DNA of 64,000 nt, from assembly GCA_002239105.1 (NCBI GenBank), contig MPNQ01000006.1:69880-133879 (forward strand). The letters are read 5' to 3'. Below, in pieces: positions 36,522 to 44,276 of the stretch; the stretch's first letter is position 1, and each line of letters starts with the position of its first letter. The DNA comes from a marine group bacterium Sva0996 bin134 (GTDB lineage: Bacteria > Actinomycetota > Acidimicrobiia > Acidimicrobiales > Bin134). The translations under genes and the position numbers were made by a program. Below the pieces are notes generated by a model, which saw only the letters and a program-made list of their open reading frames with translations, made no database searches and was not told the DNA's origin.

Positions 36522-37744
36522 GCTCCCGCCCCGTCCCAGAGTCGCTGCTCTCCCCTGGCCTGGGCGAGGTCTGGTCCGCCGCACGCCACCGACTCGACCG
36601 CTACGGACCCCAACGGCGAGGCTCCATCGCCAGCCCGGGGCTCGACCCGGCGAGCACCCTGGCCATGGAATCGCTGCTGGGACGAAAACCGGCCAAGCGG
36701 CTGGATCTCCAAGAGTTGGAGGCGGCACTGGTGGCCCGGGCCATCGGCCGCGATCTCTGTGATGCGCTCACCTGCCTTGGCCATCCTCCATCGGCTGAAG
36801 CCGCCCAACGGCGATCTGACCGCGCCCGCGCTCAGGAAGCCCGAGAGTCATTGCACTGCGCCGTCGCAGTCTGGGACGAGCCGTGGGCCGCGGCCTGGGC
36901 CGATGCGGTTGTGGGGGCCGGACTGCTACGGGATTTCGACGGTGAAAGCGCCGCCCGTCTCGCCACCGATGTTCGCCGCCTGCTCGACCATATCGAGCAC
37001 CCCCAATTCTCCGCCTCCAGCCGCACAGAGATTGCCGCCACCCTCTACGGGTCGGCGCACGCACTCGACTCGGGCACAAGGCGGGCCAGCGCGGCGACCC
37101 ACGCTTTACGCCATCGGAACGGCCCTCTCGGTGAGCGAGAACTCTGGGAGGCAGCCGGCATCCTGCCTGATCGGGTCTCGGCCCCCGCGCTTGTCTGGTC
37201 GCTCCCGACCGACGGCGCTTCGCCGTTGGACATGCACGTCCGATTTGCCCTCCATGCTGGGCTGCCCCTTCACATCAGCTTGTTTGCCCTGCGAAAGCAC
37301 CCCATCTCTGTAGATGCCGGCACCCCTGTGCTCGTCGTTGAGAACCCGAGACTGGTCGAGGCCGCGGCCGAGTGCAGCCTTCCAGCCTGCGTGATCTCTT
37401 CCAACGGCAACCCCTCCACCGCGGTCACCACCCTGCTGCGCCAACTCCAGCAAGCCGAGGCATCCCTCTGGTATCACGGCGACTTCGACTCGCCGGGCAT
37501 AGCCATCTGCCGCCGAATGCACGAATTCGGCTGCTCCCCGTGGATGATGGATGCCCGCGATTACGCCGACGCAATCGGGCAAGCGAAGGAGTCAGATGTG
37601 CAGCTCATGTCAGATTCCAAGGAATGCGGCCCAACCCCATGGGATCCAAAGCTCCAACCGGCGTTTGATCACCACCGCCTCATCATCCACGAAGAGTTCG
37701 TGCTCGATGCCGTTCTCAACCGATTCGGCCGACTCAACCAATAG
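36518..37744 (+). CDS. jetD: Wadjet JetD-like Toprim nuclease subunit (TIGR02679/DUF2399-like)
   Basis: The TTG start overlaps the jetB stop (TTGA). N-terminal LLSPGLGEVWSAARHRLDRYG. C-terminal VLVVENPRLVE...LWYHGDFDSPGIAICRRM is Toprim-like. Confidence 0.8.
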   Translation: MSSRPVPESLLSPGLGEVWSAARHRLDRYGPQRRGSIASPGLDPASTLAMESLLGRKPAKRLDLQELEAALVARAIGRDLCDALTCLGHPPSAEAAQRRSDRARAQEARESLHCAVAVWDEPWAAAWADAVVGAGLLRDFDGESAARLATDVRRLLDHIEHPQFSASSRTEIAATLYGSAHALDSGTRRASAATHALRHRNGPLGERELWEAAGILPDRVSAPALVWSLPTDGASPLDMHVRFALHAGLPLHISLFALRKHPISVDAGTPVLVVENPRLVEAAAECSLPACVISSNGNPSTAVTTLLRQLQQAEASLWYHGDFDSPGIAICRRMHEFGCSPWMMDARDYADAIGQAKESDVQLMSDSKECGPTPWDPKLQPAFDHHRLIIHEEFVLDAVLNRFGRLNQ

Positions 37745-37761
37745 CTGCATTGAGGCACCGG

Positions 37762-38517
37762 TCACCAAGTGGGGTTGGTGAGAATGCCGCCGTCCACCAC
37801 CAGATCAGCCCCGGTGATCCACCGGGCCAGATCGGAGCACAAGAACACGCAGGCGTCCCCTACGTCTTCGGGGGTGCCCATCCTCCCCAGGGGCACGACG
37901 GCCATCCAGCGCTCCACGCCCTCAGACCAGTCTTCGGCCAAGCCGGGGCGGTCGATCAGCCCCGGCGACACCGAATTGACCCTGATGCCATGGGGGCCCC
38001 AAGCCAGAGCTGCGGCTTTGGCGTGCATGACGAGACCTGCTTTGGAAGTGGCGTAGTGGCCGTGAACCGGGGTGGGGTGCTGGGCCTCGATGGAGGCAAC
38101 GTGGACGATGGATCCGCCGGTGCCCTGGTCCCGCATAACTGAGGCCGCCGCCTGGGTCAGCCGATGCACCGCGGTGAGGTTGGTGTCGATCATCTCGCCC
38201 CACTGCTGGTCGTCGAGCTCGGTGAACGGAGCCACCGGCTGGATCCCGGCGTTGTTGACCAGCGCGTCGATGCGGCCGAAGTGCTCTCGGGCCGCGCTCA
38301 CTACCGCCGCTGGGCCTTCATTGTCGGTGAGGTCGGCCCGCACCTCCACCACCTCTCCCCCGCTCTGGTCGACAGCTGACGACCGGGTATGGGCCACCAC
38401 CGAGGCCCCGGCCGCTGCCATGCGCCGGATGATCCCCGCCCCAATACCGCCGCCCGCGCCGGTGACCACCACCACCCGCCCGGTTAGGTCGATCTGCTCC
38501 GCAGGAGAGGCAGTCAC
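37762..38517 (-). CDS. SDR family oxidoreductase
   Basis: ORF 37762..38643 trimmed to GTG 38517, overlapping the cupin stop (GTGA). VVVVTGAGGGIGAGI, NNAG, YATSKAG. Confidence 0.8.
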   Translation of the reverse strand: MTASPAEQIDLTGRVVVVTGAGGGIGAGIIRRMAAAGASVVAHTRSSAVDQSGGEVVEVRADLTDNEGPAAVVSAAREHFGRIDALVNNAGIQPVAPFTELDDQQWGEMIDTNLTAVHRLTQAAASVMRDQGTGGSIVHVASIEAQHPTPVHGHYATSKAGLVMHAKAAALAWGPHGIRVNSVSPGLIDRPGLAEDWSEGVERWMAVVPLGRMGTPEDVGDACVFLCSDLARWITGADLVVDGGILTNPTW

Positions 38518-38990
38518 ATGCGTACCAGTTTCGCTATCTCGGCTGAGGCCGCTGGATACTGCTCGGTGAGATGGTCTCCCACACCTAGTTCGAAGCCATC
38601 GTGATGGTAAGGCGGCGCCATCGTGGTCCCCACCAGAGACCACTCACCCCGGGTCGAGGCCCCCATCCATGTGTGGCCCGGAACCACCACGCAAGGCCTC
38701 TCTCCCCCACCCAAGTCGTCGCCCAAAACCGGCCGATCTACCTTCCCATCCGCCCCCAGCAGCAGCATCTCCACCGCTGCCCCCGCATAGTGATGCCACA
38801 ACTCCGGCCCAGCCAGCCGGTGCATAGCCGAGAAGTCCCCAGGCTGAAGCAGGAAATAGATGGCCGTGCTCTTGTCATCCCGCCAAATCTCCCGCCACAC
38901 GCCTCCTTCCTCCGACAATGGCTCCAACCCCAGCATGGCCACTACCTCCGCGCCGGTCAGCCCCGCCAAGTCCTCCCTCTGCCCCATCAC
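38514..38990 (-). CDS. cupin domain protein (DUF985-like)
   Basis: 158 aa. LEPLSEEGGVWREIWRD...IYFLLQPGDFSAMHRL...ELWHHYAG is the cupin beta-barrel pattern. Confidence 0.65.
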   Translation of the reverse strand: MMGQREDLAGLTGAEVVAMLGLEPLSEEGGVWREIWRDDKSTAIYFLLQPGDFSAMHRLAGPELWHHYAGAAVEMLLLGADGKVDRPVLGDDLGGGERPCVVVPGHTWMGASTRGEWSLVGTTMAPPYHHDGFELGVGDHLTEQYPAASAEIAKLVRM

Positions 38991-39088
38991 CCACCGACCC
39001 TAGCTTTCCCACTGCTTAGATCTGATCGCAGTGCGCACAAGGAATGACACTGCCTCCATCCCACCTGGCTCTATGGAATCTGCTTCGT

Positions 39089-39454
39089 CTAGCTGGAACT
39101 CCTTTGAGCCTTTTCGCAGGGCGGACCCCAAGGGCCTCTGACAGGGAGAGCCTTGAAATTCCACAGCCCTTTCTTGGGCGAGGCATCACCTCGTTTGCTG
39201 TTCGCAAGCCAGTCGCGATTCTTCCGGTTCGATGGCGGGTTGAGACTCAAGAACTTGATGAGGTCGATTGCCGCAGCCTCAACAAGCTCAGCGGTCTTCT
39301 CATCCATGCCATGTCGGAGGACGAAACTCTGGTCTCTCTTGTGGTCCCAGACCCGGTTGCCACTGCCCTTCCCTACGTACACCTCCCCGGTTTCCGTGTT
39401 GTAGGTGAAGTACACATAGTGAGCGAGGTCATCTTGCTCTTTGCGAGTGAACAT
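39089..39454 (-). CDS. GIY-YIG nuclease-domain mini-protein (possibly a truncated remnant)
   Basis: AHYVYFTYNTETGEVYVGKGSGNRVWDH...RHGMDEKTAELVEAAAIDLI fits the GIY...YVGKGxGxR...H...E pattern. The last ~45 aa are low-complexity basic sequence with no recognisable domain. Confidence 0.5.
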   Translation of the reverse strand: MFTRKEQDDLAHYVYFTYNTETGEVYVGKGSGNRVWDHKRDQSFVLRHGMDEKTAELVEAAAIDLIKFLSLNPPSNRKNRDWLANSKRGDASPKKGLWNFKALPVRGPWGPPCEKAQRSSS

Positions 39455-39726
39455 CCCTGGACTCCTTTCTGTTCACGATGTGGCCATGAAACCTAGATCG
39501 GGCCCAGATAACAAGACAGTTGCAATTCAGTTGGACTCGGGCGACAGTGGAATTGCCCGCCTGTACTGGTCGGGCGGGCAAACGCGAGTCCCGGAGTGCC
39601 AGGCCGAGGACCCCTACAGGAGGGTCGACTAGGACGGGAGCCGGGGCTTCCGCACTCTGACGGACGGTTGCTCGACGGCTGTCTGGATTCCCCAAAATTG
39701 TCACAGCCTAGAAGTAGGGTCGTGTT

Positions 39727-40677
39727 GTGGATTCAAGAGGCAACTCTGAGGGCGCTGAAAGTCACCAGATCCCCCTTCGCGGAAACGAATCCCCCGCCAT
39801 TACGTCAAATCTCCAGCCAGGGCTACATACTCGACTGGATGTGGGTGTAGATGGTCCGCTGGATGAGCTGAGTGGCCCCCTATTGGTGTGTGGCCCGGCG
39901 ATCGAAGCCTTGGGATTGCTCCCAGATGGGTGTGTGCAGACTGTAGTGACATCGCCGCCGTACTGGTCGCTGCGGGATTACTCGGCCGAAGGCCAGATTG
40001 GCCGCGACGACGCTTTGGGGGAATACGTCAAGAGCATCGTCATGGCGTTCGACCAGGTACGCCGGGTGCTGACCGACGATGGCACGGTATGGCTGAACGT
40101 GGGCGACTCCTACACCTCAGGAAATCGCAGGTACCGGGCGCCTGACCGCAAGAATCGGGCTCGGGCTATGGCGGTTCGGCCTCCCACGCCAGAGGGATTG
40201 AAGCCGAAAGACCTGATCGGCGTTCCGTGGCGGCTGGCATTCGCCCTCCAGGATGCGGGCTGGTGGCTGCGCTCCGAAGTCATCTGGTACAAGCCCAACG
40301 CCCACCCCGAGTCGGTCTCCGACCGCCCCACTAAGTCTCATGAAACCGTGTTCTTGCTATCCAAGAGCCAGGACTACTACTACGACACGTCAGCAGTGAA
40401 AGGCCCGAACGGACGCCGGCTACGAACTATGTGGGACATCAACACTGAACCTCGCAGAAAAGAGGCTGGTGGAGTCGAAGATCACCCGGCCGTCATGCCG
40501 ATGACCCTGGCTCGCCGCTGCATCCAAATCACGAGCCAGCCGGGAGACACCGTCCTCGATCCCTACGCCGGCTCTGGCACGAGCCTTATTGCCGCCCAAG
40601 AACTCGGCCGCAACTGGGCGGGAATCGAGTTGAACCCCACCTACGTCGACCTAATCGAGCGCCGGGTCAACGAGTGA
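39727..40677 (+). CDS. beta-class DNA methyltransferase, SPPY type (probable N4-cytosine)
   Basis: Catalytic motif IV VVTSPPYW comes first and the SAM motif I DTVLDPYAGSGTSLIAA lies near the C-terminus, which is the beta permutation. The true start is probably an internal GTG near 39844 (VGVDGPLDEL...). Confidence 0.85.
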   Translation: MDSRGNSEGAESHQIPLRGNESPAITSNLQPGLHTRLDVGVDGPLDELSGPLLVCGPAIEALGLLPDGCVQTVVTSPPYWSLRDYSAEGQIGRDDALGEYVKSIVMAFDQVRRVLTDDGTVWLNVGDSYTSGNRRYRAPDRKNRARAMAVRPPTPEGLKPKDLIGVPWRLAFALQDAGWWLRSEVIWYKPNAHPESVSDRPTKSHETVFLLSKSQDYYYDTSAVKGPNGRRLRTMWDINTEPRRKEAGGVEDHPAVMPMTLARRCIQITSQPGDTVLDPYAGSGTSLIAAQELGRNWAGIELNPTYVDLIERRVNE

Positions 40678-41450
40678 GCCAGCGGTACGACAAATTCATC
40701 GACCAGGCCAACCTCAAGGCCAGCATTGAATCCCTCACCCCAATGGGTGTCAGGTTCGTGGGCCGGATCATTGACTCGTTATCATCCCCACTCCAGGCCG
40801 AAACCTCTGACACCTGGCTAGGACAGACGCCTGGATGGATCGAATACTTCGGCCTCTCCATCTCCGTTCATCATGGAACCACCACAGAGCCTCTCGGCCT
40901 TGTCAGCTTCGAAGTCGCATTCCGCAACGCCTGTGAGGCGGTTGGCTGGACAGTCGACGAGCCGGGATCAGCCACACAGCGCTTCGTGGACATGGCGGTC
41001 CAAACCGACGATAGTGAAGAGCGAAGGCTCTCCCTGAAATCCACCGCCGCCCAAAGGTTGTCCGAAACCACCGCCCACATCTCCAAGCTCACCGAGGCCG
41101 CCTGGATCCAAGATGTCCGAAATGCCAGAACCAGGCGGGACCACACTCTCGACCTATTCCGTCAATACCGATCCGCCGTAGACGCCATCATCATCCTCCG
41201 AGCATTCCGCCCCGACCGCGCCGCCGTCCCAACCAAGTACCAACTCCTCGAAATCCCCACCGATATCTTCGCCACCCTCGAAGATGCCCCCCTAGCCGCG
41301 TTCGCCGCCGATGGCCCCACTATCGACTGCACTTACCATGGCGATCCAGCTGCTGCCCGCGTCTCCCTCGACCGCGCCGACGCCAAGATCACCATCAAAC
41401 AAATCAAACTCTCAGCCTGCACCCTCCACGCTGAATGGCAGATCACTTAG
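40674..41450 (+). CDS. hypothetical protein, putative cognate type II restriction endonuclease
   Basis: The GTG start overlaps the methyltransferase stop (GTGA 40674-40677). 258 aa with no family recognised by eye. There is only a weak PD-(D/E)xK-like candidate (FVDMAV...RRLSLKS). Confidence 0.4.
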   Translation: MSQRYDKFIDQANLKASIESLTPMGVRFVGRIIDSLSSPLQAETSDTWLGQTPGWIEYFGLSISVHHGTTTEPLGLVSFEVAFRNACEAVGWTVDEPGSATQRFVDMAVQTDDSEERRLSLKSTAAQRLSETTAHISKLTEAAWIQDVRNARTRRDHTLDLFRQYRSAVDAIIILRAFRPDRAAVPTKYQLLEIPTDIFATLEDAPLAAFAADGPTIDCTYHGDPAAARVSLDRADAKITIKQIKLSACTLHAEWQIT

Positions 41451-41525
41451 GCCTTCCCAATCATCTTCGAGCAATTTACAGATCACGCCAAAAGAAACTC
41501 TGCCCTGCCCCACCACTACATCGAC

Positions 41526-41557
41526 GATGCTTCAAGAACCGCGACTCTTGAAGCATC
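41526..41557. terminator. bidirectional hairpin between convergent operons
   Basis: Perfect 12-bp stem, GATGCTTCAAGA (41526-37) with TCTTGAAGCATC (41546-57), and an 8-nt loop. It lies between the stops at 41450 (+) and 41569 (-). No clean U-tract. Confidence 0.55.
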
Positions 41558-41568
41558 TAACATATAAT

Positions 41569-44016
41569 TCAATTCCTTGGTAAAACAAGATTGTAAAAGA
41601 TCTGGCTACAATCACAACGCAATGCGTCAGGCTGTTTTGGCCCACTTATGTAGACCCATCCCTGACATTCAGAGCATTGGAATAATGATAATAGATCTGT
41701 TGCAGCTCCGACTAAGTCCGCAACATCCGAAGAATAAAAATTGGCCCACTCATTGTAATGTATAGCCTTGTTGAGCACCCAATTGTCATCCTCGTAATCT
41801 GTGACAATGTTCATGCGCTTCTTATCCAATTGATCCAACGCCCTCTTCGACTCTTCGTCATTCCACGAATTGGCAATGTTACGGGCTTTACCAATCAATT
41901 TGCCATACCTCCCAACGACTGCAGAATACAGATCTCCTAAGTCGTAGTCTCCATCCGACCGGTACGGAATTGGAGCCCGCAGACCATTAGCAAGTTCAGC
42001 CATCGCGAATTCCAAGTGATTTCGTAACGTGAATGAAGCATCTGAAATGTTCCCGACACTTATCTGATGTTCGATCTTCTGCCAAACCTCTATCTGCTCT
42101 TCATAGGTTGGCCCTGTATCAATTGTCCAGCTATGAAACGTGGCACACGACTGAGCGGTAACCAGCCCATGATGTCGCATCTGCGAGGCCCACACTCTGT
42201 CGTGCGTAGTGATTATGAACTGGGTATTTGGAAATCTAGTTTTCAATAGGCGGCAAAATTCTTTTCGATGACCTGAATCGACAGACATAACCACATCATC
42301 CAATATTGCAAGAGAAAACGTTTCACTATGTAAATGATTCATCAAGGCGAGATAAAGACAAACCCCCAGTGCGTCTTGATGTCCTTCACTGTGATATGCC
42401 GAAGGGGGATAGTACCCTTGCCCAAAAAAGTCTACAGTCAATCCGAGTTTGCCCTCCTGGGGACTAAACTGGGCACGAAAACTGGACTCATCATCGGAAT
42501 TCAACAGACTATAGAACAGGCTAAAGTCACTTTCAACTTCTTCGTACAGTTGTGTGAGCACAGACTGTGCTTCATCACAATATACATCGTAAATTGAATT
42601 GGCGATAAGCGCTACACCCTCTGCATGTGAAGCCCTGTTCAACGCTTCCACATATTTCATGTAGCGATCTTGGGCAATAGTCAAAAATGTCTGCGCGTGG
42701 TGTTTTGCGTCTAAATCGGGCATGGCATCAATTGCAGCTTTCAGCTTTTCGAGAGACAGCACTAACTCGTTAGGTATAGCCATCCACCCCGTTGAAAGTC
42801 TATCTTGTCGGCGCAAAGCTCCTTCTACAGTCTGTAGGTCATGTACCAATTGGGAGAGATCCTTTGCCCATGTGTCCAACAAAGCCTTCAGGTCGCTAGC
42901 ACCCTCTCTTGACGCGATATTGACAACAGGACCAATAAGACCTTCAATTGAAGCAACACCATTAGCAATATTCTCTGCCGCTTCCTTGAACTGGATCTGA
43001 CGAGCTTCAGTATCCTCAAGTTGCATTATCTTAGTCCTCAAGTGAGTCTCAAGGTCACTTTGTGATTCCCAGCTAACGTCGCAAAATGGGCAGTTGGCCG
43101 TGTCAATGAGTTCGACTCCCTGTTGCAGGAAAGGTAACTGTTTGAGATGTAGGAGTATACTACGGTCCTTATCTATCTCCTTGCACACCCCGACCAATGT
43201 TGCAATTGATGGCGCCAATAGATCAGACCCGCGGAGGCGTTCTAGAAGTGAATTGATATCGTTCTGGGCAGATACCTTGTTGAAAGGCTTAACTTCCTGT
43301 TCAACTTTAACCCCGTCATCCAAAGGAGTACTTTCGCTCAAATGAGATAAGTCTTCCAAACCCAGTACTTTCCGTTCATCATTACACGCTTGGACTGCGA
43401 TTTCCTCTTCAAAATCGTCTATTCCCAAGTGCGTACAAAGAGACTTCGCTGCGTCAGTTGCGTTTTGGAGTTTGGTCTTGTGATCCCCTTTTATCTTGTT
43501 TTGTACTGACTTTAATATGGCTCGAGTCGCTCCAATGTTGTCCAATCTCAAGAGGGCTTGGATTTCCTTAGATCGCTCTGTGGGTTCCGCCAAGATAAAT
43601 TTTATTACTTCACGCCTCGACAGCACAATCTCAGGATGACTCGCCACCTCTCTAAGAACTGTTCGTATTTTATCGTCGTCAGGATTCAATAGTGGTTGAT
43701 CCGGATCTTTGATCGACCGCGTGACAGTAACTACACGATCAAGGTCCAACAGTCTGATTTCTAGAGAGACCTGGGAATGTTCAAGGGGATTCTGTTGCAA
43801 TATATGTGGACCATGCCTCCGCACAGATAATGCTCCCGTGCCCTTACCCTTCAGTCTGGAAATGTTTCCTGTCAATCCGAATTCAATAGCGTCTACTACC
43901 CCGCTTTTTCCAGAACCGTTTGGGCCACATACTGCAAAAGATTTGGCATTCAAGTTCAATTGCAGGTCTCGGATACCTCTTAGTTCCTGTATTCTTACTT
44001 TCTCGATCTTTATCAT
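41569..44016 (-). CDS. Rad50/SbcC-like ABC ATPase with CxxC hook and C-terminal RloC/PrrC-like (R-x3-E...H) region plus zinc ribbon
   Basis: 815 aa. Walker A GPNGSGKS (31-38), helical middle with C309-P-F-C312, SEGHQ (543-547), Walker B SLAILDD (568-574), TTHD (603-606), R665-NHL-E669, H753, and C781-x2-C784-x16-C801-x-C803. The ATPase call is solid; the RNase inference is tentative. Confidence 0.75.
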   Translation of the reverse strand: MIKIEKVRIQELRGIRDLQLNLNAKSFAVCGPNGSGKSGVVDAIEFGLTGNISRLKGKGTGALSVRRHGPHILQQNPLEHSQVSLEIRLLDLDRVVTVTRSIKDPDQPLLNPDDDKIRTVLREVASHPEIVLSRREVIKFILAEPTERSKEIQALLRLDNIGATRAILKSVQNKIKGDHKTKLQNATDAAKSLCTHLGIDDFEEEIAVQACNDERKVLGLEDLSHLSESTPLDDGVKVEQEVKPFNKVSAQNDINSLLERLRGSDLLAPSIATLVGVCKEIDKDRSILLHLKQLPFLQQGVELIDTANCPFCDVSWESQSDLETHLRTKIMQLEDTEARQIQFKEAAENIANGVASIEGLIGPVVNIASREGASDLKALLDTWAKDLSQLVHDLQTVEGALRRQDRLSTGWMAIPNELVLSLEKLKAAIDAMPDLDAKHHAQTFLTIAQDRYMKYVEALNRASHAEGVALIANSIYDVYCDEAQSVLTQLYEEVESDFSLFYSLLNSDDESSFRAQFSPQEGKLGLTVDFFGQGYYPPSAYHSEGHQDALGVCLYLALMNHLHSETFSLAILDDVVMSVDSGHRKEFCRLLKTRFPNTQFIITTHDRVWASQMRHHGLVTAQSCATFHSWTIDTGPTYEEQIEVWQKIEHQISVGNISDASFTLRNHLEFAMAELANGLRAPIPYRSDGDYDLGDLYSAVVGRYGKLIGKARNIANSWNDEESKRALDQLDKKRMNIVTDYEDDNWVLNKAIHYNEWANFYSSDVADLVGAATDLLSLFQCSECQGWVYISGPKQPDALRCDCSQIFYNLVLPRN

Positions 44017-44018
44017 CC

Positions 44019-44186
44019 CTATGCTGATTCCTCTTGTTGGGTTAAGATCGCAATCAACTTCTCTGTCTCCGGCTTTTCACCCATTGATAATTGCTCCCGC
44101 AGTGATACAATAACTTCATCGGACAAGTCATGGTCGTCGCGGATCCGTTGCAGGGTTCTATCCAGTATTTCGTGTTCAATGGACAT
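44019..44186 (-). CDS. 55-aa acidic helical protein (not in ORF track), putative partner of the ATPase
   Basis: My translation: MSIEHEILDRTLQRIRDDHDLSDEVIVSLREQLSMGEKPETEKLIAILTQQEESA (14 D/E against 6 K/R). GAGAGG lies 6 nt upstream of ATG 44186. The TAG stop is 2 nt before the ATPase ATG. Same low GC as the ATPase. Confidence 0.45.
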   Translation of the reverse strand: MSIEHEILDRTLQRIRDDHDLSDEVIVSLREQLSMGEKPETEKLIAILTQQEESA

Positions 44187-44276
44187 CGACTACCTCTCTG
44201 CAAATGTGCAGTGTGCATCACATTATTGCCGTGCGGTCCTAATTCTGCCCAACCCAAAATGAGTCGATGAACGGCG

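Larger units (their letters stand above)
38991..44276. other. compositionally foreign genomic island (defence-type gene content, no integrase seen)
   Basis: Hand counts of G+C per 60 nt: 20 at 42301-42360, 33 at 40681-40740 and 43 at 45241-45300. Bounded by the cupin start (38990) and the ADH stop (44277). Confidence 0.7.

Noticed and set aside
39028-39037. Possible island-flanking direct repeat: GCAGTGCGCA (39028-39037) against GCAGTGTGCA (44208-44217)
   Set aside because: It is only 9 of 10 nt and was found by eye, well within chance expectation. It is not sufficient to call att sites.
39044-39496. 150-aa plus-strand ORF opposite the GIY-YIG mini-gene
   Set aside because: It has no motif. 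The minus-strand frame shows a recognisable GIY-YIG pattern, so only one of the two is likely to be real.
39553-39581. Hairpin with a 9-bp stem (TTGCCCGCC / GGCGGGCAA, 11-nt loop) between the GIY-YIG gene and the methyltransferase
   Set aside because: There is no U-tract on either strand and it lies upstream of both divergent genes. It could be an operator or an old terminator, but I cannot support either call.
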